From Nitrospinales bacterium (GTDB lineage Bacteria > Nitrospinota > Nitrospinia > Nitrospinales > VA-1): DNA of 64,000 nucleotides. This document shows positions 1-10,146 of the stretch, one piece after another. The stretch is taken from NCBI GenBank assembly GCA_965223345.1, contig CBDCWG010000012.1, forward strand, positions 192,001 through 256,000, read 5' to 3'. The notes under the pieces were generated by a model. The model searched no databases. It saw nothing but the letters and a program-made list of their open reading frames with translations, and was not told where the DNA came from. Position 1 is the first letter of the stretch; every line of letters starts with the position of its first letter. The position numbers and the translations under genes were made by a program.

Positions 1-456
1 CTGAAATGTATGTCAAAACTATCATTTCTTCCGATTCATTTCAACAATCAAACCGGGGTTTCTGCACACCCGCAATGGAAAAAATAAATTTTGGTCCGTT
101 GAAGCGCATTCTGCCCGCGATGCGAAAACAGCCGGCACCGGCCAGGGTGACGGTTCTTAAAACCGGTACGCCGCCGCTGCGGCAACGGCCTGAAATCAAT
201 CGCATTATTTTTGCCAGTTTGGGCACTTAAAAGGAAATGATTGTTTTTTCGAGCGTCGCGTGACTTTTTTTTCCCGCACGCATTGATTTTGCCTGCGTTT
301 TGTTCCATAATACCGGCGGCTGTGAATCCGAAATAAATGATTTAAAACAAACGATTTCATCCTTGCCAAGTCAAGGAGCCCGCATCGGAAACGACGCATT
401 CCGATACGGGGCGCAAAAGCGAAGGACTCGGGTATCTTTTTAAAAAAGGAGTGGTT

Positions 457-651
457 ATGAAAAAGTCAGCGCAATTGTTTATTTTGATGACGGTTCTCTT
501 TTCGTTTGGATGTGCCCAGATGCAGGGAGGCACGGCGTCGCCCTCGAGTGGCGGATCGAGTGCTTCCACATCCCAAAAATCCGGCGGCAAGCAATTGACC
601 AAGGAAGACCTGAAGCGCATGGGAATCAACGAAACTGCCGGCAGCAATTGA
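457..651 (+). CDS. Small putative lipoprotein (64 aa)
   Basis: ATG at 457 after AAAGGGAG; MKK + hydrophobic stretch + FGC lipobox-like site; Ser/Gly-rich linker. Confidence 0.7.
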   Translation: MKKSAQLFILMTVLFSFGCAQMQGGTASPSSGGSSASTSQKSGGKQLTKEDLKRMGINETAGSN

Positions 652-904
652 CGGCAAGGCGTTCGCCCCGGCCTTGAAACGGGCCGGCTTGGCGAGGACT
701 TTCGGGTTCACGTGCCCACGGCAGGCCTCCTCCGGTTTGAATTCATAAGTTATTGATCCTAAATCTGGTTTTTCGTTGCTCGATGGGGCCTGGGTGGCAA
801 ATTTCCCGGATGCATGGGCCGATCCACATCGGAAACCATCCCATCTTCCGGACCTCGTTCGCGTCTGATCCCCCCTGCAGGATTCTGTATCCGAACCCCG
901 CTTC

Positions 905-946
905 AAACAAAATCCATCCCTGTTTTAGGGATGGATTTTGTTTTTT
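905..946 (+). terminator. Intrinsic terminator-like hairpin, possibly bidirectional
   Basis: Perfect 17-bp inverted repeat aaacaaaatccatccct/agggatggattttgttt with a 5-nt loop, followed by a T run. Confidence 0.7.
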
Positions 947-1005
947 CCGCCTTATAAAATGAACCCTTTTGGCCAACTCTGCGAAACGGACATCGATCGA
1001 AACAC

Positions 1006-1932
1006 ATGAATGGGCTCCCGCTGACCTCCGGTCCGGTATTTTCCGACGACAAACTGATCAATCTGTTCTACCTGAACGAGCTGTACGGCAACCTCGCCCG
1101 GCAGGTTTCGGGCCGGTTGTCTGAGGCGCATCCGTTCGAGGTCCCCATCACCTCGGGCATCTGGGGCGGCACCTATCTCATCGCCGATCCCAGGGGCAAA
1201 TCCCGGCGCAGGATCTGGCGTCTCTACTGCATCGCCAACCTCCCGCAAAACAGCGCCCTGGATCAGCGCGACAACCTCGAACGCATGGTGAGTTACTACT
1301 GTGACGGGTTCGCCGCCGCCTTCGAGCCGTACGGCCTGAAACTCAGTCTGAAAATGTGGGGCGGCCGGCTGCCCTACAGCTGCAGCGAAAAACCCAGCAT
1401 CACCATGCATATGGAGGACGCCAGCGATACCGTGCGCTGGCTGCGGGTGTTTTTCGTCTGGAACCACGTGCCCTGGGAACAGTCCATCATCTACGACACG
1501 GTGCGCATTCTGAAAGAGTACAAGGAATTCTTCGACCTGGACAAAGGGCCGGTGCTGAAACCGCCGCAGGATCTGAAATACCTGCTGCAAGATATCATCA
1601 TCATTTACCGGACGCTGGAACAAGCCTGCTCGGAGGATTTCCGGGAACACGCCGATCCCATCATCGAGGATCTGATGCGCCATTTCATGGAGGGGCTGCA
1701 CGATCCGGCGACCATTCAGGATCTGTATATCAAGGTGTTTAAAAACGCCCTGATCTACGGCTACGAGGAGGCCCTTTCCGGCCCGTTTTCCGAAGACGGG
1801 CTGGACATCCGCCGGATCGAAGAATGGCCGATCGAAAAAATCAACTGGGTTCCGGAAGCGTTGCGGGAAAAACTCATCCCTCCCATCCAGCAACGGTTCG
1901 CGGGATTCAAAAGCCAACTCGACAACGCCTAA
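1006..1932 (+). CDS. Hypothetical protein (308 aa)
   Basis: Long ORF with protein-like composition and GC-rich third positions; no motif recognised. Confidence 0.8.
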   Translation: MNGLPLTSGPVFSDDKLINLFYLNELYGNLARQVSGRLSEAHPFEVPITSGIWGGTYLIADPRGKSRRRIWRLYCIANLPQNSALDQRDNLERMVSYYCDGFAAAFEPYGLKLSLKMWGGRLPYSCSEKPSITMHMEDASDTVRWLRVFFVWNHVPWEQSIIYDTVRILKEYKEFFDLDKGPVLKPPQDLKYLLQDIIIIYRTLEQACSEDFREHADPIIEDLMRHFMEGLHDPATIQDLYIKVFKNALIYGYEEALSGPFSEDGLDIRRIEEWPIEKINWVPEALREKLIPPIQQRFAGFKSQLDNA

Positions 1933-1958
1933 GGGTTTTGTCCGCCCTCCCCCATCGC

Positions 1959-2489
1959 ATGAAGACCGCAATTCTGTTCAGCCTGTGCGCCGTGCTTTTC
2001 TCCGCTGACATTGGGTTCGCCGAGGACATTCCGGTGCAAAGCCGCAACGGCAAAACGCTGACCCTCAAAGACATCCGCGGCGGCTATTTTCAGACGGTGT
2101 CGCCGCGCAAAAGGAAAAAGATCGGCGCGGATTCCGCCGGCAATCCGATTTTCAAGAGCGACGCGCAGTCCTACAATTTTTTTCGCACCGATTCGATTCC
2201 GCTGCGCATCGGCGATCTGTTCGGCTTTCAATTCATCCTGCCGCCCATGGAAGAAGGGGACTTCATCGAGCTGGAAGGGATCATGCAGTTTCCCGCTGCG
2301 GTGACGGTGGCGGGCAGATCGCTCAGCAGCACGCAATGGAAAACCCGCTACGCCCCACAGCAGGGTCGCGTGATCAACGCCTGGGAATTCCGCGAGGCAA
2401 CGCCCGCCTACCACCTGAAAGGCCGGTGGATCTTCAGCCTCTACAACCGCGGACGGCTGGTGGTCTCGCAGCCTTTTTTCGTCAAATGA
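1959..2489 (+). CDS. Exported hypothetical protein (possibly DUF3859-like)
   Basis: Internal ATG at 1959 gives signal peptide MKTAILFSLCAVLFSADIGFA; IPLRIGDLFGFQF segment and G-x-W near the C-terminus. Confidence 0.65.
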   Translation: MKTAILFSLCAVLFSADIGFAEDIPVQSRNGKTLTLKDIRGGYFQTVSPRKRKKIGADSAGNPIFKSDAQSYNFFRTDSIPLRIGDLFGFQFILPPMEEGDFIELEGIMQFPAAVTVAGRSLSSTQWKTRYAPQQGRVINAWEFREATPAYHLKGRWIFSLYNRGRLVVSQPFFVK

Positions 2490-2510
2490 AGAAACGGCGA
2501 GTGAAAGCGT

Positions 2511-3218
2511 TCAGGATGAGGGCGAGTCCAAAAGGGAAACCATGTGCGCGAGGCTGTCGAGGATGAGATCGGCTTTGGAAAAATCGATGTGCGCGTTGAG
2601 GCGGTTGCGGATGATGATGCAGCGCATGCCCGCCTCCGACGCAGCCTCAAGGCCCTTCAGTGCGTCTTCGAGCACCAGGCAGGATGCGGGCGGGCACTGA
2701 AGGGTTTCGGCGGCTTTTTGAAAAATGTCCGGATGCGGTTTTTCGCGCGGCGCGGATTCCTTGCCCAGAATGGCGGGGAAGTGTTGCAGCGCACCGGCGT
2801 TTTTGAGGATGGCGCGGATGTCGTGGCCCCAGGAGCCCGAGGCGATGGCCAGTTTGTGACGCGCGCCCAGCGCCTTGACCAGCGGCAGGGATTCGGGAAA
2901 CAGGCGGATCGACCCACCCTGGCAGTAGCGCGAATACGCCTCGAATTTCTGACGCCGCAACTCGGCGGGCTCGACCGCCAGCTTGAGGTCGTGCCGTTCG
3001 ATTTCGCCGGCGATGCCCTTGCCTTTGGACGTCCACTCCACCCAGTATTCATCCGGATCGAGGCTGTGCCCGTAGCGTTCGAACACCTCGTTGTAGGCCT
3101 TGTAGTGATACGGTTCGGAATCCGCCAGCAGGCCGTCGAAATCCAGCAGAACGGCTTCGCTGTTTGCGAGCAGGGCTTTCAGTTTGCCGGCGGGAGAGGC
3201 GCTGTCGGTGGCGGTCAT
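2511..3218 (-). CDS. HAD-superfamily phosphatase (beta-phosphoglucomutase-like)
   Basis: Motif I LDFDGLLADSE, motif II ASGS, KPHPDIF, motif IV LEDALKGLEAA. Confidence 0.9.
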   Translation of the reverse strand: MTATDSASPAGKLKALLANSEAVLLDFDGLLADSEPYHYKAYNEVFERYGHSLDPDEYWVEWTSKGKGIAGEIERHDLKLAVEPAELRRQKFEAYSRYCQGGSIRLFPESLPLVKALGARHKLAIASGSWGHDIRAILKNAGALQHFPAILGKESAPREKPHPDIFQKAAETLQCPPASCLVLEDALKGLEAASEAGMRCIIIRNRLNAHIDFSKADLILDSLAHMVSLLDSPSS

Positions 3219-3234
3219 GGGGCGTGGCTGGATG

Positions 3235-3912
3235 TTATTCGAGGACCTGCCCGAAACGGTCGAAGCGCACCCAGCTATCGTTAGAGTTCCAGGACCAGTA
3301 AATCATCAGGGCCTTGCCTTTGATCAGGTTGAAATCGAGAAAACCCCAGGCGCGGCTGTCCTGCGAGTTTTCGCGGTTGTCGCCCATGACGAACAGGTGC
3401 CCTTCCGGGACGACAAGCGGGCCCAGATTGTCGCGGGTGCTGTCGGGATCGGAACTCGGCAGCTCGCTGTGAAAGGCGTGCGGGTCTTCGTAGGGCTCGT
3501 TGTTGATGTACACCTTCTGGCTCTTGATCTGCAGCGTGTCCCCCGGCAGGCCGACGACGCGTTTGATAAAATCGCGCGTTTCGTCTTTGGGAAATTTGAA
3601 AACGATGATGTCGCCGCGTTCGGGCAATTCGTCGAACAGGATGATGTCGCGGAACAGCTTGACGTTGACGAAGGGGATTTCGTTGGGGATGTGGATGCCG
3701 TAGGCGAATTTCGAGACCAGGATGTGGTCGCCGATCAGCAGCGTGGGTTTCATCGAACCGGAAGGGATCTTGAAAGCCTGCAGGATGAAGGTGCGGATGA
3801 ACAGGGCCAAAAGCAGGGCGATGAGGATCGCCTCCGTATATTCCCGAAAAACGCTTTTGGTTTTTTTCTCGGCGACCGGTTCCGAGGCCGTGTCCAGTTC
3901 CTTATTTTCCAT
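3235..3912 (-). CDS. lepB: Signal peptidase I
   Basis: [10 protein letters not shown] (catalytic Ser), [11 protein letters not shown] (Lys), [12 protein letters not shown]; directly downstream of lepA. Confidence 0.97.
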   Translation of the reverse strand: MENKELDTASEPVAEKKTKSVFREYTEAILIALLLALFIRTFILQAFKIPSGSMKPTLLIGDHILVSKFAYGIHIPNEIPFVNVKLFRDIILFDELPERGDIIVFKFPKDETRDFIKRVVGLPGDTLQIKSQKVYINNEPYEDPHAFHSELPSSDPDSTRDNLGPLVVPEGHLFVMGDNRENSQDSRAWGFLDFNLIKGKALMIYWSWNSNDSWVRFDRFGQVLE

Positions 3913-5704
3913 CGGTCCTCAACACAGCCAAAAAAGCCTCCTGCGGGATTTCCACATTGCCCACCTGTTTCATCTTTTTCTTTCCCGCTTTCTGTTTTTC
4001 AAGCAGTTTGCGTTTACGGGTGATGTCGCCGCCGTAACATTTGGCGAGAACGTTCTTCCTCAGGGCCTTGATGTTTTCCCGGGCGATGACCTTGCTTCCG
4101 ACAGCGGCCTGGATGGCGACCTCGTACATCTGGCGGGGAATTTGTTCCTTGAGCTTTTTGGCCAGATCCCGTCCCTGGTAATACACTTTGTCCTTATGGG
4201 CGATCAGGGAAAGGGCGTCCACCAGCTCCCCATTCAGCAGTATGTCCAACTTTACCAGATTTGAAGCTCTAAAATCTATAAATTCATAGTCGAACGACGC
4301 GTAGCCCTTGGTGGACGATTTCAACCGGTCGTAAAAATCCAGCACGATTTCGTTGAACGGCAGCTCGTACTGCAACAGCACCGTTTTGGGATTGAGAAAT
4401 TCCATCTTGGTCTGGTGACCGCGCCGCTCGCGCGTGAGCGTCATGATGGTGCCGATGAACTCCTCGGGCGTGATGATGGTTCCCGAGACGTACGGCTCTT
4501 CCAGCTGCGCGACGTTTTTGATGTCTTTGAGCTTGGCCGGGTTGTCGATGTCGATGGTCTGCCCGTCGGTGGTGATCACTTTGTAGACGACGGTGGGGGC
4601 GGTGGTCAGGATATCGACGCCGTACTCCCGCTCCAGCCGTTCGCGCACGATCTCCATGTGCAAAAGCCCGAGAAACCCGCAGCGGAACCCGAAGCCCAGC
4701 GCGGTGGAGGATTCGGCCTCGTAGGTCACCGACGCGTCGTTGAGGGTCAGTTTCTTGAGCGAATCGCGCAGCATTTCGTACTGGTCGCCGCTGATGGGAT
4801 ACAGGCCGCTGAACACCATCGGCTTGACTTCCTTGTAGCCGGGCAAAGGTTCCGCGGTCGGCGCGTTCACGTGAGTGACGGTGTCGCCGATCTTGGTCTG
4901 ATCGAGCTGCTTGATGTTGGCGATCATGTAGCCGACCTCACCGGCCTCCAGCCGGTCCAGCTTGCGCGGCGCGGGTTCGAACACGCCGAGTTCCTCGACC
5001 GTGAACTTGCCACCGGCGGCCATCAACAGCACGTCCTCTCCCACCTTGAGGGTGCCTTCGCGTACCTTGACCAGAACGATCACGCCGCGATACGGATCGT
5101 ACCAGGCGTCGAACAACAGCGCGCGCAGGGGTTTCGCCGCATCGCCCACCGGGTGCGGGATGCGCTCGACGATGGCCTGCATCAGTTCCTGGATGCCGAT
5201 GCCTTCCTTGGCGCTCACCAGAATCGCCTCTTCGGCCTCGATCTGCAGCACGTCCTCCAGCTGCTCCTTCACGTTGTCCGGATCGGCACTGGGCAGATCG
5301 ATCTTGTTGATGACCGGGATGATGGTGAGATGGTGCTGCATGGCGAGGTTGAGGTTGGCGATGGTCTGCGCCTGAATCCCCTGGGTGGCGTCCACCACAA
5401 GCAGCACGCCTTCGCAGGCGGCGAGGCTGCGCGACACCTCGTAGGTGAAATCGACATGACCGGGCGTGTCGATCATGTTGAACACGTGCTCGGTTCCGTC
5501 TTCGCCCTTGTGCGTGAGGCACACGGTCTGCGCCTTGATGGTGATGCCGCGCTCGCGTTCCAGATCCATGTTGTCCAGCACCTGGTCCTTCATCTCGCGC
5601 TGCTGCAGCGCGCCGGTGGCGAGGATCAGCTTGTCGGCCAGCGTGGATTTGCCGTGGTCGATGTGGGCGATGATGGAAAAATTGCGGAGTCTGTCTTGTT
5701 GCAT
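3902..5704 (-). CDS. lepA: Elongation factor 4 (LepA)
   Basis: [40 protein letters not shown]-terminal [18 protein letters not shown]. Confidence 0.98.
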   Translation of the reverse strand: MQQDRLRNFSIIAHIDHGKSTLADKLILATGALQQREMKDQVLDNMDLERERGITIKAQTVCLTHKGEDGTEHVFNMIDTPGHVDFTYEVSRSLAACEGVLLVVDATQGIQAQTIANLNLAMQHHLTIIPVINKIDLPSADPDNVKEQLEDVLQIEAEEAILVSAKEGIGIQELMQAIVERIPHPVGDAAKPLRALLFDAWYDPYRGVIVLVKVREGTLKVGEDVLLMAAGGKFTVEELGVFEPAPRKLDRLEAGEVGYMIANIKQLDQTKIGDTVTHVNAPTAEPLPGYKEVKPMVFSGLYPISGDQYEMLRDSLKKLTLNDASVTYEAESSTALGFGFRCGFLGLLHMEIVRERLEREYGVDILTTAPTVVYKVITTDGQTIDIDNPAKLKDIKNVAQLEEPYVSGTIITPEEFIGTIMTLTRERRGHQTKMEFLNPKTVLLQYELPFNEIVLDFYDRLKSSTKGYASFDYEFIDFRASNLVKLDILLNGELVDALSLIAHKDKVYYQGRDLAKKLKEQIPRQMYEVAIQAAVGSKVIARENIKALRKNVLAKCYGGDITRKRKLLEKQKAGKKKMKQVGNVEIPQEAFLAVLRTDGK

Positions 5705-5832
5705 CAAGTGGCTTTCAATTTAGAGTGACGTCGTTTTCGATTTTCTTGAGCGCGGATGCGGCCGCTTTGTGTGCCGGCGGAACGGTTTCTGTTTTTTCCG
5801 AGGCAATTTGCGAGAAGCCCTCTTCCCGGGAT

Positions 5833-6828
5833 TCACCGGGATAAAGGGAGAGGGGAGTTTTCCGGATGGCTCAAAAATTCCCGCCATTCGTCGAAACGGA
5901 CTTTCATGGCTTCGTAATCCCGGTCGTTGTCGATATCCAGGGCGGCGCCCGGGAACGGCACCTCCAGCCCCATGAAGCGCGTTTTCATGATGGTCGAAAT
6001 GCTGCGCTCGAGATCTTTTTTCGGCGTCATCCGGCGGAACAGCCGCACCAGCGACTCCATGCCCAGACTGGCGAAAAACAGGCACAGCTGCAGGCCGACG
6101 TAATATTGGTAGTGCTTGATCTTGTCTTTCCCGAACAGGGACAACCCGAACAGGATGAGGTTTTTGAAATTTCTCTGATACCGGTACTGGTACATCTTCT
6201 GGATGTACTGCCGGTTGGCGATGCGCACGGGTTTGACCAGATGCAGGTTGTTGATGCGGAAACTGTTCTCCTTCAAATGCAGGTACGCCATCTTGATGCC
6301 GGGCTTGCCGTCTCTGGGGTAAAACGGCTCCAGGTTTTGCCGGGAGGTCAGCCCGAGAATGTGATCGTAGTTGTCGATGTCGCAGTGGGTGATGAAATGC
6401 TCGACTTCGTGCGCGGTCAACAGCGGCGAGTCGCAGGGAACGATCAACACGGCCTTGTCGCCGTATTGCGAGTTTTCCATCTCATCGGCGGCGATCTGTT
6501 CGGGAATGGTCTGCAAAAACGTGTGCCAGATGTTTTCGTACAGGTTGCTTTTCTGCTCCACCAGGTGAATGGGCTTGGGGAACTTCAGATCGGTCTTCTC
6601 TTCAGCAAGCGCTTCCCGCAAACGGTCCACCGAGCCGACGATGTAGATTTCACCGATCGAGCGCACCTGCTGCAGGGCGGACAGGACATGGCAGATGATA
6701 CTCTTGCCATCCAGTTTGAGAAAGGCCTTGTGTTGATGGTAGACCTTGTAACTGGACTCTCCCTGTCCGGCGACGAGGATCGCATCGAATTTTTTCGGGG
6801 TGCGAATCAAATTCATAACAGTTTCCAA
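5833..6828 (-). CDS. Nucleotidyltransferase family protein (NTP_transferase/MobA-like fold)
   Basis: N-terminal DAILVAG..KAFLKLDGK; PCDSPLL; C-terminal LDIDNDRD. Confidence 0.75.
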   Translation of the reverse strand: METVMNLIRTPKKFDAILVAGQGESSYKVYHQHKAFLKLDGKSIICHVLSALQQVRSIGEIYIVGSVDRLREALAEEKTDLKFPKPIHLVEQKSNLYENIWHTFLQTIPEQIAADEMENSQYGDKAVLIVPCDSPLLTAHEVEHFITHCDIDNYDHILGLTSRQNLEPFYPRDGKPGIKMAYLHLKENSFRINNLHLVKPVRIANRQYIQKMYQYRYQRNFKNLILFGLSLFGKDKIKHYQYYVGLQLCLFFASLGMESLVRLFRRMTPKKDLERSISTIMKTRFMGLEVPFPGAALDIDNDRDYEAMKVRFDEWREFLSHPENSPLPLSR

Positions 6829-6989
6829 TGGACACTCTCTGACCGGCGCGGACGCTTCCTGATCGTAATATACGGCGCGCTCCGCCCGGGTTCCACTTTT
6901 ACAGTATCCGGTTTTCCCTCTTGAACTTAACGGGGAATTTCGCTATACCCAATTTCAACTTAATCCTCAGGATAGCAGATTCCCCGATC

Positions 6990-8108
6990 ATGTCTCAACC
7001 ACCTTCCGCAGACCTGAAAACCACCCCTTTGATCGAACTGCACCGCAGGCTGGGAGCGCGGCTGGTGCCGTTTGCGGGATGGCGCATGCCCATCCAGTTC
7101 GCGGGGGTGATCCAGGAGCACAAATGCGTCCGCGAGCAGGTGGGCCTGTTCGACGTCAGCCATATGGGCGAAATCGATATCCGCGGAAAAGACGCCCGTT
7201 CCCTGCTCCAGCGGCTGGTGACCAACGACATCGAAACCATGCAGGACGGGTCCATCCTGTACACCGTCATGTGCTACGAGAACGGCGGTGTGGTGGACGA
7301 CCTGCTGGTCCACCGGTTCGCGGAGGACCACTATTTTCTCTGCGTCAACGCCGCCAATACGGACAAGGATTTCGACTGGATCCGGCAGACCGCAAAGGAA
7401 TATCGGGTCGCGGTCGAAAACCTCAGCGCCCAGACCGCACAACTGGCTGTCCAGGGCCCGCAATCCGAGGCGCTGCTGCAAACCCTGTGCGACCTGCCTT
7501 TGAACGAGGTCCGATATTACCACTTTAAAAAAGGCAAAATCCACAACTATGATTGCCTGATTTCCCGCACCGGATACACGGGGGAGGACGGTTTCGAGCT
7601 CTACACCGAGGCGTCCGGGGCGGCGGATCTGGCTGAGGCCATCCTGGAAGCCGGAAAACCGTTCCAGATCCAACCCATCGGGCTGGCCGCCCGGGACACG
7701 CTGCGGCTGGAAATGGGCTACGCCCTGTACGGCAACGACATCACCCAGGACACGACGCCGCTGGAGGCGGGGCTGGGCTGGGTGGTCAAACTGAAAAAGG
7801 GACCGTTCACCGGCAGCGAGGCTTTGTCCGCACAGAAGCAGAACGGGATCGCGAAAAAACTCGTCGGCGTCAAACTGCTGGAACGGGGCGTGCCGCGGCC
7901 GCATTATAAGGTGTTGAAAGAAGGCAAGGTTGTCGGCGAGCTGACCAGCGGTTCGTTTTCCCCTTCCTTGAATGTGGGGATCGGATTGTGCTATGTATCG
8001 AAAGAGCACTCTGAAGTCGGTTCCCGCCTGGACATCGAAATCAGAAATCAGAACGTACCCGCGGAAATCACCAAACCGCCTTTCGTACCCAGCCGTGTGA
8101 AAAAATAA
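6990..8108 (+). CDS. gcvT: Glycine cleavage system T protein (aminomethyltransferase)
   Basis: KTTPL, FAGWRMP, GLFDVSHMG, SRTGYTGEDGFE, GLAARDTLRLEMG. Confidence 0.97.
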   Translation: MSQPPSADLKTTPLIELHRRLGARLVPFAGWRMPIQFAGVIQEHKCVREQVGLFDVSHMGEIDIRGKDARSLLQRLVTNDIETMQDGSILYTVMCYENGGVVDDLLVHRFAEDHYFLCVNAANTDKDFDWIRQTAKEYRVAVENLSAQTAQLAVQGPQSEALLQTLCDLPLNEVRYYHFKKGKIHNYDCLISRTGYTGEDGFELYTEASGAADLAEAILEAGKPFQIQPIGLAARDTLRLEMGYALYGNDITQDTTPLEAGLGWVVKLKKGPFTGSEALSAQKQNGIAKKLVGVKLLERGVPRPHYKVLKEGKVVGELTSGSFSPSLNVGIGLCYVSKEHSEVGSRLDIEIRNQNVPAEITKPPFVPSRVKK

Positions 8109-8234
8109 CCGGCTCCCACCCGAAAAAACCGTTGTGGGTCGTCAGGCAGCGGGGCGCAGCCCGAAGCGGGAATCCGGGACTGCGGCCGCGGATCGTTCAT
8201 CCATTCACCAACATCATTTTGAGCGGGAGGAAAC

Positions 8235-8621
8235 ATGGAGGTCCCCAAAGATCTTCGATACACGAGGGAACACGAGTGGATCCGCGTGAACGGCAACACG
8301 GCGGTGATCGGCATCACGGACTTCGCTCAGGAACAACTGGGCGATGTGGTGTTCGTGGAGATGCCCAAGGAAGGCGATGAAGTGACACAGGAAAAAACCT
8401 TCGGCGTGGTGGAATCGGTCAAGACCGTGTCGGACCTGTACGCACCCGCCACCGGCAAGGTCGTCAAGGTCAACGTCAACCTGGAATCGCAGCCCGAGCT
8501 GGTCAACAGCGAACCGTTCGGCCAGGGCTGGATTCTGGAAATCGAGCTGGCCGATCCCAAGCAGATCGATGGATTGCTGACACCGGAACAATACATCGAG
8601 CAGTGCGAAAACGAACAATAA
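8235..8621 (+). CDS. gcvH: Glycine cleavage system H protein
   Basis: YTREHEW, GITDFAQEQLGD, lipoyl-Lys motif VESVKTVSD; GGAGG RBS. Confidence 0.97.
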   Translation: MEVPKDLRYTREHEWIRVNGNTAVIGITDFAQEQLGDVVFVEMPKEGDEVTQEKTFGVVESVKTVSDLYAPATGKVVKVNVNLESQPELVNSEPFGQGWILEIELADPKQIDGLLTPEQYIEQCENEQ

Positions 8622-8643
8622 TCCCTGAAGCGAGTTTTTCCGC

Positions 8644-9984
8644 ATGCGTTACATCCCGCACACAGAGCAGGACATCCGGGAAATGCTGGCGGCCATCGGC
8701 GTCGAGAACATCGACGAGCTGTTCACCAGCATTCCCCCTGAGCTTCGGCTGCAAGACCAGGCCCTCGACCTCCCCCCGGCGCTTTCCGAGACCGAGCTGA
8801 CGGCACTGCTCGCGCGCTACCAGAAACGCAACCCGGACCCGGAAGGCACCTCGGTGTTCCTCGGCGCGGGGGCCTACCGGCATTTCAGCCCGGCGCTCGT
8901 CGGCTCGCTCATCGCGCGCGGCGAGTTTGCCACCAGCTACACACCGTACCAGCCGGAGGTCAGCCAGGGAACGCTGCAGGCGATCTTTGAATTTCAGACC
9001 CTGATCGCCCTGCTCACCGGCATGGAGATCGCCAACGCCTCGATGTACGACGGCGCGTCCTCGCTCGCCGAAGCGGTGGTGATGTCGCACCGGTTGAACG
9101 GCAAAAGCAAAATCCTCATCTCGGAAGCGGTGCATCCCGAATACCGGCAGGTGGTGGCCACCTACACGCGGGGAACCGAGATCGAACTGGTGTCGCTTCC
9201 CTTCGACGCGACGGGCAAAACCGACCTTTCCCGCATCACTGAGACGAAAGACATCGGCGCGGTGGTGCTGCAGAGCCCCAATTTTTTCGGCGTCATCGAA
9301 GAGTACGCCGCATTGGGCGAAACGCTGCAGGCCGCGGGCGCGCACCTGATCGTCGCGGTCGCCGAGGCGCTGTCGCTCGGCATCCTGAAACCTCCCGGGG
9401 AACGCGGCGCCGACATGGTCGTGGGCGAGGGGCAGTCGTTCGGGCTGCCGGTTTCGTACGGCGGCCCCTACGTGGGTTTTTTCGCGACGCGCGACCGCTT
9501 CCTGCGCCACACGCCGGGCCGGCTGGTCGGCGAAACGGTGGACCAGGCGGGGCGGCGGTCGTACGTGCTGACGCTGTCCACGCGGGAGCAGCACATCCGG
9601 CGCGAGCGCGCCACCTCCAACATCTGCACCAACCAGGGTCTGTGCGCGCTGGCGGCCACGGTTTTCATGGCGGCGCTGGGCAAGGAAGGGATGCGCGAGA
9701 TCGCGCTGCTCAACGTGCGCAAGGCGGACTATCTCAAAAACCGTCTGCGCAAGGTGAAGGGATTCGAGATCCGGTTTTCGGGCGACACGTTCAACGAATT
9801 CGTGCTCGAATGCCCGGCGCCGGCCGAAGAGATCCAACAGGCCATGCTTCAGGAAAACATCCTCGCAGGCTATCCTCTCAAGACCCACTACCCGGATCTC
9901 ACCAACAGCCTGCTGCTGTGCGCCACCGAACTCAACACGCAGGAAGAAATGGACCGCTTCGCGGAAAAACTGGAAGCGCTCTGA
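8644..9984 (+). CDS. gcvPA: Glycine dehydrogenase subunit 1 (split P protein)
   Basis: MRYIPHT, YTPYQPEVSQGTLQAIFEFQ, NASMYDGA, TREQHIRRERATSNICTNQ; 446 aa. Confidence 0.96.
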   Translation: MRYIPHTEQDIREMLAAIGVENIDELFTSIPPELRLQDQALDLPPALSETELTALLARYQKRNPDPEGTSVFLGAGAYRHFSPALVGSLIARGEFATSYTPYQPEVSQGTLQAIFEFQTLIALLTGMEIANASMYDGASSLAEAVVMSHRLNGKSKILISEAVHPEYRQVVATYTRGTEIELVSLPFDATGKTDLSRITETKDIGAVVLQSPNFFGVIEEYAALGETLQAAGAHLIVAVAEALSLGILKPPGERGADMVVGEGQSFGLPVSYGGPYVGFFATRDRFLRHTPGRLVGETVDQAGRRSYVLTLSTREQHIRRERATSNICTNQGLCALAATVFMAALGKEGMREIALLNVRKADYLKNRLRKVKGFEIRFSGDTFNEFVLECPAPAEEIQQAMLQENILAGYPLKTHYPDLTNSLLLCATELNTQEEMDRFAEKLEAL

Positions 9985-10146
9985 ATCTTTCCTTCCCCGG
10001 ATTTTCTTTTTACATCGAGTCCAAAAACGTCAGCAACAACCACATTCAGGCACTGAGTCTTTCCAACCCCGCCCCCTTGAACGGCCCCGGAGGATTTTCA
10101 ATCATCGGCTGCCGCCGGGTGATCGTGTGCTCGGCAGAAGGATCAC

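Noticed and set aside
379..420. c-di-GMP-I riboswitch suggested by a hairpin followed by GCGCAAAAGC
   Set aside because: Lacks the upstream GGYAAA, the GNRA tetraloop and the downstream conserved stem; only a plain hairpin is supported
6829..6989. Glycine riboswitch upstream of gcvT
   Set aside because: No GGAGA..CCGAAG..CTCTCAGG aptamer core visible; the region is short and shared with a divergent gene
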